From positions 1 through 11,055 of the forward strand of contig JBGPFC010000063.1 in the NCBI GenBank assembly GCA_041483195.1: a stretch of 11,055 bases of DNA, read 5' to 3'. This document shows, piece by piece, positions 1 to 7,661 of the stretch. The position numbers were made by a program, and so were the translations under genes. The notes under the pieces are model-generated. The model saw nothing but the letters and a program-made list of their open reading frames with translations, ran no database searches and was not told the DNA's origin. This stretch comes from Candidatus Eiseniibacteriota bacterium (GTDB lineage Bacteria; Eisenbacteria; RBG-16-71-46). Numbering within the stretch: position 1 is the first letter of the stretch; each line of letters opens with the position of its first letter.

Positions 1-941
<941 letters not shown>

Positions 942-962
942 GGCATCCTTCCATTCGGTTCG

Positions 963-2066
963 TCAGGCGGTGGTCCCCAGGTCGCGCTCGGCGGCAGCCA
1001 ACCGCTCGCGCACGCGTTGCGCACGATACACGTTTCGCTCGTCCTGCGTGAGGTCGCCGCCCGCGAACCGCTGGAGGTGCGCCGGCTGGGTGAGCACCAG
1101 CAGCTCGTTGACGACCGCGAGCGGGCAGAGGCCCGGCATGCCCAGCGCCACCCCCAGCCGCACCGCGGAGCACAGGTTGATGACCTCGTTGGAGGTGATC
1201 GAGCGGCAGTGGCGCAAGGTGCCGTACGCGCGCCACACCTTGTCCTCGATCTGGATCCGCGCGTCGCGCATCATGCGCTCCCGCGCGCGCTCTTCGGTCT
1301 CGATGATCTGCCGGGTCACCCGCTCGAGGCTCTCGATGGAGTCGTGCTCGCTGCAGCCGAGGGTGGTCTGATTCGAGATCTGGAACAGGTTGCCCATCAC
1401 CTGGCTGTGCTCCCCGTACAGCCCGCGCACGTTGAGCCCCACCTGGCTGATGCCCTTCAGCACCTTGGGCATTTCCTCCAGCAGCGCGAGCCCGGGAAGG
1501 TGGATGAGCACCGAGGCGCGCAGTCCGGTTCCGGCATTGGTCGGGCACGAGGTGAGGAATCCGATCTCGTCCGAGAACGCGAAGTCCAACGCCTGGTCGA
1601 GCTCGTCATCGGCGGAGTCGGCGAGTCCCCACGCTTCCGCGAGCTGAAACCCCGCGGCCATCGCCTGGAGCCGGAGGTGATCCTCTTCGTTGATCATGAG
1701 CGACAGCCGCTCGTCGGGCGCGATCACGATCCCGCGCGGGCGGGCGCCATCCCCCAGCTCGTGGCTCACCAGGTGCCGTTCGACCAGGATCTGGCGCTCG
1801 AGGGGTGACATCTCGTTCATGCGCAGCAGCAGCCCCTCGCGGAATCCGCTGGCGCGCTGCGCGGCCGCCGAAACGCTCGACAGCACGCCCTGCAGCTGCT
1901 CGTCGCGCGCCCGGTGGGTGAACGGCACGCTCTGCAGATTGCGGGCGAGCCGGATGCGCGTGGAGAGCACCATGCCGGCGTGCGGTCCGTCGCCGCTCAG
2001 CCACGGGCTGGGCCGCGCGACCAGCTCGTCGAAGCTGCCGGGATGGGGAACTTCCTCGGGTGTCAT
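963..2066 (-). CDS. mcsB: Protein arginine kinase McsB (ATP:guanido phosphotransferase family), 367 aa
   Basis: Motifs STRIRLARNL, LVERHLVS, MINEEDHLRLQ (NEED segment), GFLTSCPTNAGTGLRASVLIHLPGL (phosphagen kinase CPxN signature), RGLYGE, GNLFQISNQTTLG. Start placed at ATG 2066 (MTPEEV...), which overlaps the mcsA stop as ATGA; the longer 2381 start in the ORF track overlaps mcsA. Confidence 0.95.
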   Translation of the reverse strand: MTPEEVPHPGSFDELVARPSPWLSGDGPHAGMVLSTRIRLARNLQSVPFTHRARDEQLQGVLSSVSAAAQRASGFREGLLLRMNEMSPLERQILVERHLVSHELGDGARPRGIVIAPDERLSLMINEEDHLRLQAMAAGFQLAEAWGLADSADDELDQALDFAFSDEIGFLTSCPTNAGTGLRASVLIHLPGLALLEEMPKVLKGISQVGLNVRGLYGEHSQVMGNLFQISNQTTLGCSEHDSIESLERVTRQIIETEERARERMMRDARIQIEDKVWRAYGTLRHCRSITSNEVINLCSAVRLGVALGMPGLCPLAVVNELLVLTQPAHLQRFAGGDLTQDERNVYRAQRVRERLAAAERDLGTTA

Positions 2067-2596
2067 TCCTTCCTCTCGATCGGGTCGCGCGCGGATTCCG
2101 CCTCGCGTTCCAGCCGCTTGACCTCGTCGCGGATCCCGGCGGCGCGCTCGAAATCCTCGCGCTCGACCGCGCGCTGGAGCTCGTCGTGGAGCCGCTGGAT
2201 CTGGCGCGAGCGGGTCGCGCCCTCGCCGTCCCGGGTGGGGATCTTGCCGCGATGACGGGTGTCTCCGTGAATGCGCCGCAGCAGCGGACGCAGCTGGAAT
2301 TGAAACGCGGCGTAGCAGTCGGCGCACCCCAGGCGGCCGGTCTCCTTGAATGCAGAGTAGAGGAGCCCGCAACGCGGGCACTGGACGTGGCCGACGCGCT
2401 CTTCCTCGGTGGTGGTCATGCCGTCGACCATCCCGGCAAGCAGATCCGCGATGTCGAACTTGTGCTTCTTCGCCGAGGCGTGCATGCCCTTTTCCTCGGC
2501 GCAGCGCTCACACACGTGGAGCTCCGACATCTTGTTGTCGTGGATTTCCGTGAAATGGACGGTCGCCGGATTCTTGCCGCAGATTTGACAGAGCAT
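2063..2596 (-). CDS. mcsA: McsA, activator of McsB (four CXXC motifs plus C-terminal UVR coiled coil), 177 aa
   Basis: CQIC, CERC, CPRC and RLGCADCY motifs; IHGDTRHRGKIP; UVR motif LQRAVEREDFERAAGIRDEVKRLE; position immediately before mcsB; SD-like GAAAGGT upstream of the ATG. Confidence 0.95.
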   Translation of the reverse strand: MLCQICGKNPATVHFTEIHDNKMSELHVCERCAEEKGMHASAKKHKFDIADLLAGMVDGMTTTEEERVGHVQCPRCGLLYSAFKETGRLGCADCYAAFQFQLRPLLRRIHGDTRHRGKIPTRDGEGATRSRQIQRLHDELQRAVEREDFERAAGIRDEVKRLEREAESARDPIERKE

Positions 2597-2608
2597 TCCG
2601 GGGACCTT

Positions 2609-3316
2609 TCAGGGAGCTTCGTGGAGCCGGCCGGACTCGAGGGTCAGCACCCGGTGCGCGAGGGACGCCAGCCTATCATTGTGGGTCACGACGACAAACG
2701 TCTGATGCCGTTCGCGCGCCATGGTTGCGATGAGGTCGTGCAGCGCGGCGGCCGAGCGATGATCGAGATTCCCGGACGGCTCGTCGGCCAGCACCAGTTC
2801 CGGTTCCGGAGCGAACGCCCGCGCCACGGCGACGCGCTGCGCCTCGCCGCCCGAGAGCTCGGCCGGCCTGTGATCCCACCGCTCGCGCAGCCCCACGGCG
2901 GTGAGCGCCTCGCGCGCGCGAACCCGCGCGGCCGCGGGATCGGCGCCGGCAATCAGGAGCGGCATCATCACGTTCTCCTCCGCGCTGAACTCCGGCAGCA
3001 GATGGTGGAACTGAAACACGAACCCGAGCCGCGTCGCCCGCACGCGTGCGACCCCGCGCTCATCGAGGTGATCGACCCGTTCGCCTCCCAATTCAAGGGT
3101 TCCCGCATCCGGGTGGTCGAGTGTCCCGAGAATGTTCAATAACGTGCTCTTTCCGACCCCGGACATCCCCACGATAGCCAGAACTGTGCCACGCATAACG
3201 TCGAGATCTACGCCGCTCAGGATATCCAGGGGACCGTGCGGGGTCGCGTAGGACTTGCAGATTCCCCGCGCGACCAGGACCGGCTCAGTCGATTTAGCGG
3301 ACATGCTGTCAGCCAC
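2609..3316 (-). CDS. lolD: ABC transporter ATP-binding protein, LolD-like (lipoprotein-releasing system), 235 aa
   Basis: Walker A GMSGVGKS followed by TLLNILGTLD, LolD/MacB-family GFVFQFHHLLPEFSAEENV, signature LSGGEAQRVAVARA, Walker B/D-loop VLADEPSGNLD, H-loop VVTH. GTG start at 3316 with GAGGTGGAG upstream; alternative ATG at 3304. Confidence 0.9.
   Translation of the reverse strand: MADSMSAKSTEPVLVARGICKSYATPHGPLDILSGVDLDVMRGTVLAIVGMSGVGKSTLLNILGTLDHPDAGTLELGGERVDHLDERGVARVRATRLGFVFQFHHLLPEFSAEENVMMPLLIAGADPAAARVRAREALTAVGLRERWDHRPAELSGGEAQRVAVARAFAPEPELVLADEPSGNLDHRSAAALHDLIATMARERHQTFVVVTHNDRLASLAHRVLTLESGRLHEAP
2670..2697 (-). promoter_or_regulatory. Candidate internal sigma70-type promoter (extended -10) for mcsA-mcsB-clpC, inside the 3' end of lolD
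   Basis: Minus strand TTGTCG (2697-2692), 16-nt spacer ending in TGA (TGn extension), TAGGCT (2675-2670); about 75 nt before the mcsA ATG. Overlaps locally atypical codons (TTT, AAT, GAT, AGG). Confidence 0.45.
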
Positions 3317-3342
3317 TTAGGATCTCCACCTCGTGCGTGTCC

Positions 3343-4581
3343 TCAAGACTGCCGCCGGATGGCGTCCACGGGGTCGAGGCGCGACGCCCGCCACGCGGGG
3401 TAGAGCGCGGCAGCCAGGCACAGCGTCAATGCGGCCACAATCACGGCGGCGAAGTCACCCGCCTCGGGCCGGACCGGCAACCGCTCGATGAAGTACACGT
3501 CCCCCGGGAGCCGCACGAACGGATACTGCCGGAGCACCGTCACCAGCGCCAGCCCCAGCAAGCCACCGATCGCCGTGCCGCAGCCCCCGATCAGGAGCCC
3601 CTCGTAGAGGAACACGCGCAGCACGGTGCCGTTGGTGGCACCGAGCGATTTCAGCACGCCGATGTCGCGCCGCTTCTCGAGCACCACCATGAACAGCGTG
3701 CTCACGATGTTGAACGCCGCGACCAGCACGATCAGGGTCAGGATCACGAACATCACCGTCTTCTCGAGCTTCATCCACGTGAACAGGTTCCGGTTGAGCT
3801 CGATCCAGTTGTTCGCGCGCAGCCCCGGGCGTGCGAGCGCGTGGAGGATGCGGTCCGAAGCGGCCGGCGCATCGAACATGTCCTTGAGCCGCACCTCGAT
3901 CCCCGTGACCGCGGAGCCCAGGTCGAAGAATTCCTGTGAGGCTCCGATCGCGGTGAACCCGAAGCTCGAGTCGTAGGTGTAGAGCCCGGAGGTGAAGAGT
4001 CCGACCACCCGGAACTTGCGCAGTCGCGGCGCGAAGCCCAGCGCCGAGCTCTGCGCCCCCGTCAGCGCGGCGAGCAGCACGGTGTCCCCGGGGCGCGCGC
4101 CGAGCCGGGCCGCGAGCTCGCTGCCGAGCACGATCCCGGGGGTCCCGTCCGCGGTGCGCTCCGGGATCGAGTCGAGCGCCGGGGTGATGTTGCGCCCGAC
4201 CGTGGTGACCGCCCGCTCCGCCGCGAGGTTCACGCCCTTCACCACCAGCCCCTCGGTGAGGCCTTCGCGAAATACCATCGCCTTCGCGTAGGTGAAGGGC
4301 GCGGCGGCCATGATTCCGGGTAGCGCCGCGACCCGCGTCACGAGCGAGTCGGGAGCGGGGATGCCGGAGGCGGTCTCGCCGAGCAGCACGACGTGCGCGT
4401 CGGTGCCGGCGATGCGGGTCTGGATCTCGCTCTCGAACCCGTTCATCACGGCGAGCACCGTGATGAGCGCGGTGACCCCGAGCGCCACCCCGCCGATCGA
4501 GATTCCGGTGAGCAGCGTGATGAACCCGCTCTGACGCCGCGTCCGCAGATAGCGGGCGGCGATCCACAACGAGAAATTCAC
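3343..4581 (-). CDS. Lipoprotein-releasing ABC transporter permease, LolC/LolE/LolF family (MacB/FtsX-like), 412 aa
   Basis: N-terminus (V)NFSLWIAARYLRTRRQSGFITLLTGISIGGVALGVTALITVLAVMNGFE is typical of LolC/E; then a periplasmic domain, NWIELNRNLFTWMKLEK, VAAFNIVSTLFMVVLEKRRDIGVLKSLGA, DVYFIERLP and YPAWRASRLDPVDAIR. GTG at 4581 overlaps the lysS stop (GTGA). The track's 5688 start runs through lysS and is not credible. Confidence 0.9.
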   Translation of the reverse strand: MNFSLWIAARYLRTRRQSGFITLLTGISIGGVALGVTALITVLAVMNGFESEIQTRIAGTDAHVVLLGETASGIPAPDSLVTRVAALPGIMAAAPFTYAKAMVFREGLTEGLVVKGVNLAAERAVTTVGRNITPALDSIPERTADGTPGIVLGSELAARLGARPGDTVLLAALTGAQSSALGFAPRLRKFRVVGLFTSGLYTYDSSFGFTAIGASQEFFDLGSAVTGIEVRLKDMFDAPAASDRILHALARPGLRANNWIELNRNLFTWMKLEKTVMFVILTLIVLVAAFNIVSTLFMVVLEKRRDIGVLKSLGATNGTVLRVFLYEGLLIGGCGTAIGGLLGLALVTVLRQYPFVRLPGDVYFIERLPVRPEAGDFAAVIVAALTLCLAAALYPAWRASRLDPVDAIRRQS

Positions 4582-6104
4582 CGCGGCGCCGATTCCGTAC
4601 CGGGCACGGATTCGGCCTCGGCCGCCCCGTCGGCTTCCTCGCGGCCCTCCTCCGGGCGCAACTGCGGGAACAGGATCACGTCGCGGATCGAGCGTGCGTC
4701 GCACACGATCATCGCGAGGCGGTCGATGCCGATCCCGACGCCTCCGGTTGGCGGCATGCCGTATTCCAGCGCGCGAACGTAATCGTGATCCATGACCTGC
4801 GCCTCTTCGTCGCCCGACGCGCGCAGCGCCATCTGGTCTTCGAATGCGCGCGTCTGGGCCTCCGGATCGTTCTGCTCCGAGAACGCGTTCGCGAGCTCCA
4901 TCCCGGCCACGAACACCTCGAAGCGCTCGACGACGCCGGGGCGGGTCCGGCTCGCGCGCGCGAGCGGCGAGGTCTCGGACGGGAAGTCGACGACGAAGGT
5001 GGGCGAGACCAGGCCGGGCTGCACCAGCTCGCCGAACAACGCGTCGAGCAGCGCTCCCGCGCCGCTGCCGGGACGCGTCGCGACGCCGTGCGCCGCCGCG
5101 AGGCGGGCGAGCTGCGCGGGATCGAGGGCGCTCACGTCCTCCCCCACCTTCCCGCTCACCGCATCCAGCATCGACACGCGCGGCCAGGGCGGGCTGAAAT
5201 CGAGCGCTGCGCCCTGGTACGTGAATCGGCCCGTGCCTCGTGCGCGCGCCACGGCTTCGCTCACCAGCGACTCGGTGAACGCCATCATGTCGTGCACGTC
5301 GGCGAACGCCTGATAGAACTCGAGCATCGTGAACTCCGGATTGTGGGTCCGGTCCATTCCCTCGTTCCGAAAATCGCGAGAGAACTCGTAGACCCGCTCG
5401 AACCCGCCCACGATCAGGCGCTTGAGGTAGAGCTCGTTCGAGATGCGCAGGTACAGCTCCATGTCGAGCGCATGGTGTCCGGTCACGAACGGGCGCGCGA
5501 ATGCGCCGCCATACAGCGGCTGCAGCACCGGGGTCTCGACCTCGAGAAATGCATGGCGCTCGAGCCCTGAGCGCAGCGCGGCGACCAGCGCCGCGCGGCG
5601 CCGGAACGCCTCGCGCACCTCGAGGTTCATGAACAGGTCCGCGTAGCGCTGCCGGTAACGCGTCTCGGGATGCGTGAGGCCGTGCCACTTCTCGGGCAAC
5701 GGCCGCACCGACTTCGCGAGCGGCACGACCTCGTCGACCCGGACCGTGATCTCGCCGGTGCGGGTGCGGAACAGCGCGCCGGCGACTCCCGCCCAGTCAC
5801 CCACGTCGAGCAGCTCGTACCGCGCGAACTGCTCGCCGAGCTGGTCGGCGCGGAAGTAGAGCTGGATGCGGCCGCTTCCGTCCAGCAGGTGCGCGAAGCC
5901 CGCCTTGCCGTGTCCGCGCATGCTCATGATGCGCCCGGCCACGCGCACCCGCTCGCCGGGCTCCGCGGTCACCGCCTCGCCACGCGCGATGAGGTCGGCG
6001 GCGTGGTGGGTGACCTCGAATCGATAGGCGTAGGGCTCGACACCGAGCGCGCGCCAGCGCGCGAGCTTCTCGCGCCGCTGGCGCATGAGTTCATCGAGGG
6101 ACAT
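4578..6104 (-). CDS. lysS: Lysine--tRNA ligase, class II, 508 aa
   Basis: OB-fold anticodon domain (VAGRIMSMRGHGKAGF, RTRTGEITV), PLPEKWHGL..ETRYRQRYADL, motif 1 FLEVETPVL, GGAFARPF, LYLRISNELYLKRLIVGG, motif 2 FRNEGMDRTHNPEFTMLEFY, motif 3 LEYGMPPTGGVGIGIDRL, IRDVILFP. ATG 6104 (MSLDELMRQRREK) preferred; the track's TTG start at 6191 coincides with the -35 box. Confidence 0.97.
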   Translation of the reverse strand: MSLDELMRQRREKLARWRALGVEPYAYRFEVTHHAADLIARGEAVTAEPGERVRVAGRIMSMRGHGKAGFAHLLDGSGRIQLYFRADQLGEQFARYELLDVGDWAGVAGALFRTRTGEITVRVDEVVPLAKSVRPLPEKWHGLTHPETRYRQRYADLFMNLEVREAFRRRAALVAALRSGLERHAFLEVETPVLQPLYGGAFARPFVTGHHALDMELYLRISNELYLKRLIVGGFERVYEFSRDFRNEGMDRTHNPEFTMLEFYQAFADVHDMMAFTESLVSEAVARARGTGRFTYQGAALDFSPPWPRVSMLDAVSGKVGEDVSALDPAQLARLAAAHGVATRPGSGAGALLDALFGELVQPGLVSPTFVVDFPSETSPLARASRTRPGVVERFEVFVAGMELANAFSEQNDPEAQTRAFEDQMALRASGDEEAQVMDHDYVRALEYGMPPTGGVGIGIDRLAMIVCDARSIRDVILFPQLRPEEGREEADGAAEAESVPGTESAPR

Positions 6105-6162
6105 GAGGTCTTTCGCGAAAGGGATTGCGGCGCATGCCACCGCGCGTGCGTCGAACCGACCG

Positions 6163-6191
6163 ACTGTATGAACCGCCTCCGGGGCTGTCAA
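6163..6191 (-). promoter_or_regulatory. Sigma70-type housekeeping promoter upstream of lysS
   Basis: Minus strand TTGACA (6191-6186, perfect -35), 17-nt spacer, TACAGT (6168-6163; conserved T, A, A and T of the -10). Lies in the only long intergenic gap (6105-6218), about 60 nt before the lysS ATG. Confidence 0.8.
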
Positions 6192-6218
6192 GAGCCAGCG
6201 CCCGGATCACGGCTCCAT

Positions 6219-7661
6219 TCAACCGGCGGGGCGGGCGCCGCTTCCGCGATGCACGTGCTCGATCGCCAGCTTGTCGGCGGTGGGATCCACCGGCACCGGA
6301 TACTGCCCCGTGAAGCACGCGCGGCAGAAGCGAGAACCATCGGTCTCGCAGTCGAGCAATCCCTGGAGCGAGAGGTATCCGAGCGAATCCACCCCCAGGA
6401 ACTCGCGGATCCTGTCGATCGACTTCGTTCCGCCGATGAGCTCGGCACGGCTGGGCGTGTCGATGCCATAGAAGCAGGGATGCGTCACGGGGGGCGAGCC
6501 GACGCGGAAGTGCACCTCCTTCGCCCCCGCGCCGCGGATCAGGCGGATCAGCTTGCGGCTGGTCGTGCCGCGCACGATGGAGTCGTCGACCACCACGACC
6601 CGCTGGCCGTCGAGAATCTCCCGGACCGGATTGAACTTCACGCGAACGCTGGATTCGCGGCCGGCCTGATGGGGCTGGATGAAGGTGCGCCCGACGTAGT
6701 GATTGCGGATCAGCCCCAGCTCGAATCGGATCCCCGACGCCTCGCTGTATCCGAGCGCGATCGAATTGCTGGAGTCGGGGACCGCGATCACGATGTCAGC
6801 TTCCGCCGGCTGCTCGCGGGCGAGCTGATGCCCGATGGCGCGCCGCACGCGGTCCACCCCGGCGCCGAACACCCGGCTGTCCGGCCGCGAGAAGTAGATG
6901 TGCTCGAAGATGCACTGTTGGAGCGGCTCGGCGACCGGCATCACGCGGCGGCTCTTCACCCCGGCCGCATCGACGCGGACCAGCTCGCCCGGCTCGATCT
7001 CCCTCAGGTATTCCCCTCCCACCAGGTCGACGGCGCAGGTCTCGCTCGCGACGATCCACCCCTCGCCGAGGCGCCCCAGGCACAAGGGGCGGAACCCGAA
7101 GGGATCGCGGATCGCGAGGACCGCGCCCGGCGTCAGCACCACCATCGAGTACGCGCCGGACACCTGGCGCGCGGCTTCGATGAGCGCGTCCTCGGCGCTG
7201 GCCGCGCCCGCCAGCGCCATCAGGTGCAGGAAGATCTCGGTATCGAGCGTCGTCTGGAAAATGGAGCCCGCCTCCTCCAGCCCCCTTCGCAGCGCGCGCG
7301 CGTTGACCAGGTTGCCGTTGTGGGCGAGGGCCAGCGACCCGCCGCGATAGACGACGCGCAATGGCTGGGTGTTCTCGAGCGTGAGTCCGCCCGAAGTGGA
7401 GTAACGGTTGTGCCCGATCGCGATCGAGCCGGGCAGGCGCGCGAGATCGGCATCCCGGTACACGTCCGACACCAGACCCAGGCCCTTGTGGGAATGGAAA
7501 TCCCCGAGCGGATCGCACGACACGATCCCGGTCGACTCCTGCCCGCGGTGTTGAAGCGCGTGGAGGCCGAGACTCACGACCTCGGCCGCGCGCGGCACGC
7601 CGGCCACCGCGCACACCCCGCATTCCTCCGACCAGCTCGTGTGCTCGCTCCAGCCGTTCAT
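6219..7661 (-). CDS. purF: Amidophosphoribosyltransferase (glutamine PRPP amidotransferase), 480 aa including a 13-aa propeptide
   Basis: MNGWSEHTSWSEE|CGV (Ntn catalytic Cys), LQHRGQES, IGHNRYST, ENTQP, AHNGNLVN, RDPFGFRPL, CIFEHIYFSRPDS, VPDSS, RNHYVGRTFIQP, PRPP loop VVVDDSIVRGTT, PCFYGIDTP, FCRACFTG. Strong SD (GGAGGGAGG...GAGGA); ATG overlaps the upstream stop (ATGA). Confidence 0.97.
   Translation of the reverse strand: MNGWSEHTSWSEECGVCAVAGVPRAAEVVSLGLHALQHRGQESTGIVSCDPLGDFHSHKGLGLVSDVYRDADLARLPGSIAIGHNRYSTSGGLTLENTQPLRVVYRGGSLALAHNGNLVNARALRRGLEEAGSIFQTTLDTEIFLHLMALAGAASAEDALIEAARQVSGAYSMVVLTPGAVLAIRDPFGFRPLCLGRLGEGWIVASETCAVDLVGGEYLREIEPGELVRVDAAGVKSRRVMPVAEPLQQCIFEHIYFSRPDSRVFGAGVDRVRRAIGHQLAREQPAEADIVIAVPDSSNSIALGYSEASGIRFELGLIRNHYVGRTFIQPHQAGRESSVRVKFNPVREILDGQRVVVVDDSIVRGTTSRKLIRLIRGAGAKEVHFRVGSPPVTHPCFYGIDTPSRAELIGGTKSIDRIREFLGVDSLGYLSLQGLLDCETDGSRFCRACFTGQYPVPVDPTADKLAIEHVHRGSGARPAG

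Noticed and set aside
2063..2596. UVR-domain protein as a UvrB/UvrC DNA repair gene
   Set aside because: No helicase or nuclease domain; four CXXC motifs and the position before mcsB identify McsA.
2581..2612. Possible CtsR box at the mcsA start (minus strand AGGTC...TGTCAAA)
   Set aside because: Only one imperfect half-site, inside the coding sequence, and the spacing does not fit the GGTCAAA-N3-GGTCAAA direct repeat.
3070..3100. CCCTTGAA on the minus strand resembling a sigma32 -35 element
   Set aside because: No CCCCAT-like -10 at the expected distance.
4582..5688. N-terminal extension of the 781-aa ORF suggesting a large permease fusion (likewise the extensions of purF to 8408, purQ to 10263, mcsB to 2381 and the orphan ORF to 8665)
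   Set aside because: The extensions are Arg/Ala/Gly/Pro-rich off-frame readings of the upstream real gene; true starts coincide with stop/start overlaps and family N-termini.
6091..6135. Short ORF upstream of lysS as a lysine-sensing attenuator peptide, or the leader as a T-box or lysine riboswitch
   Set aside because: The peptide has no Lys codons, no terminator/antiterminator is visible, and the leader of about 50 nt is far too short for those RNAs.
6207..6218. Mini-ORF ATG GAG CCG TGA directly after the purF stop
   Set aside because: Three codons, no SD, and expected by chance.
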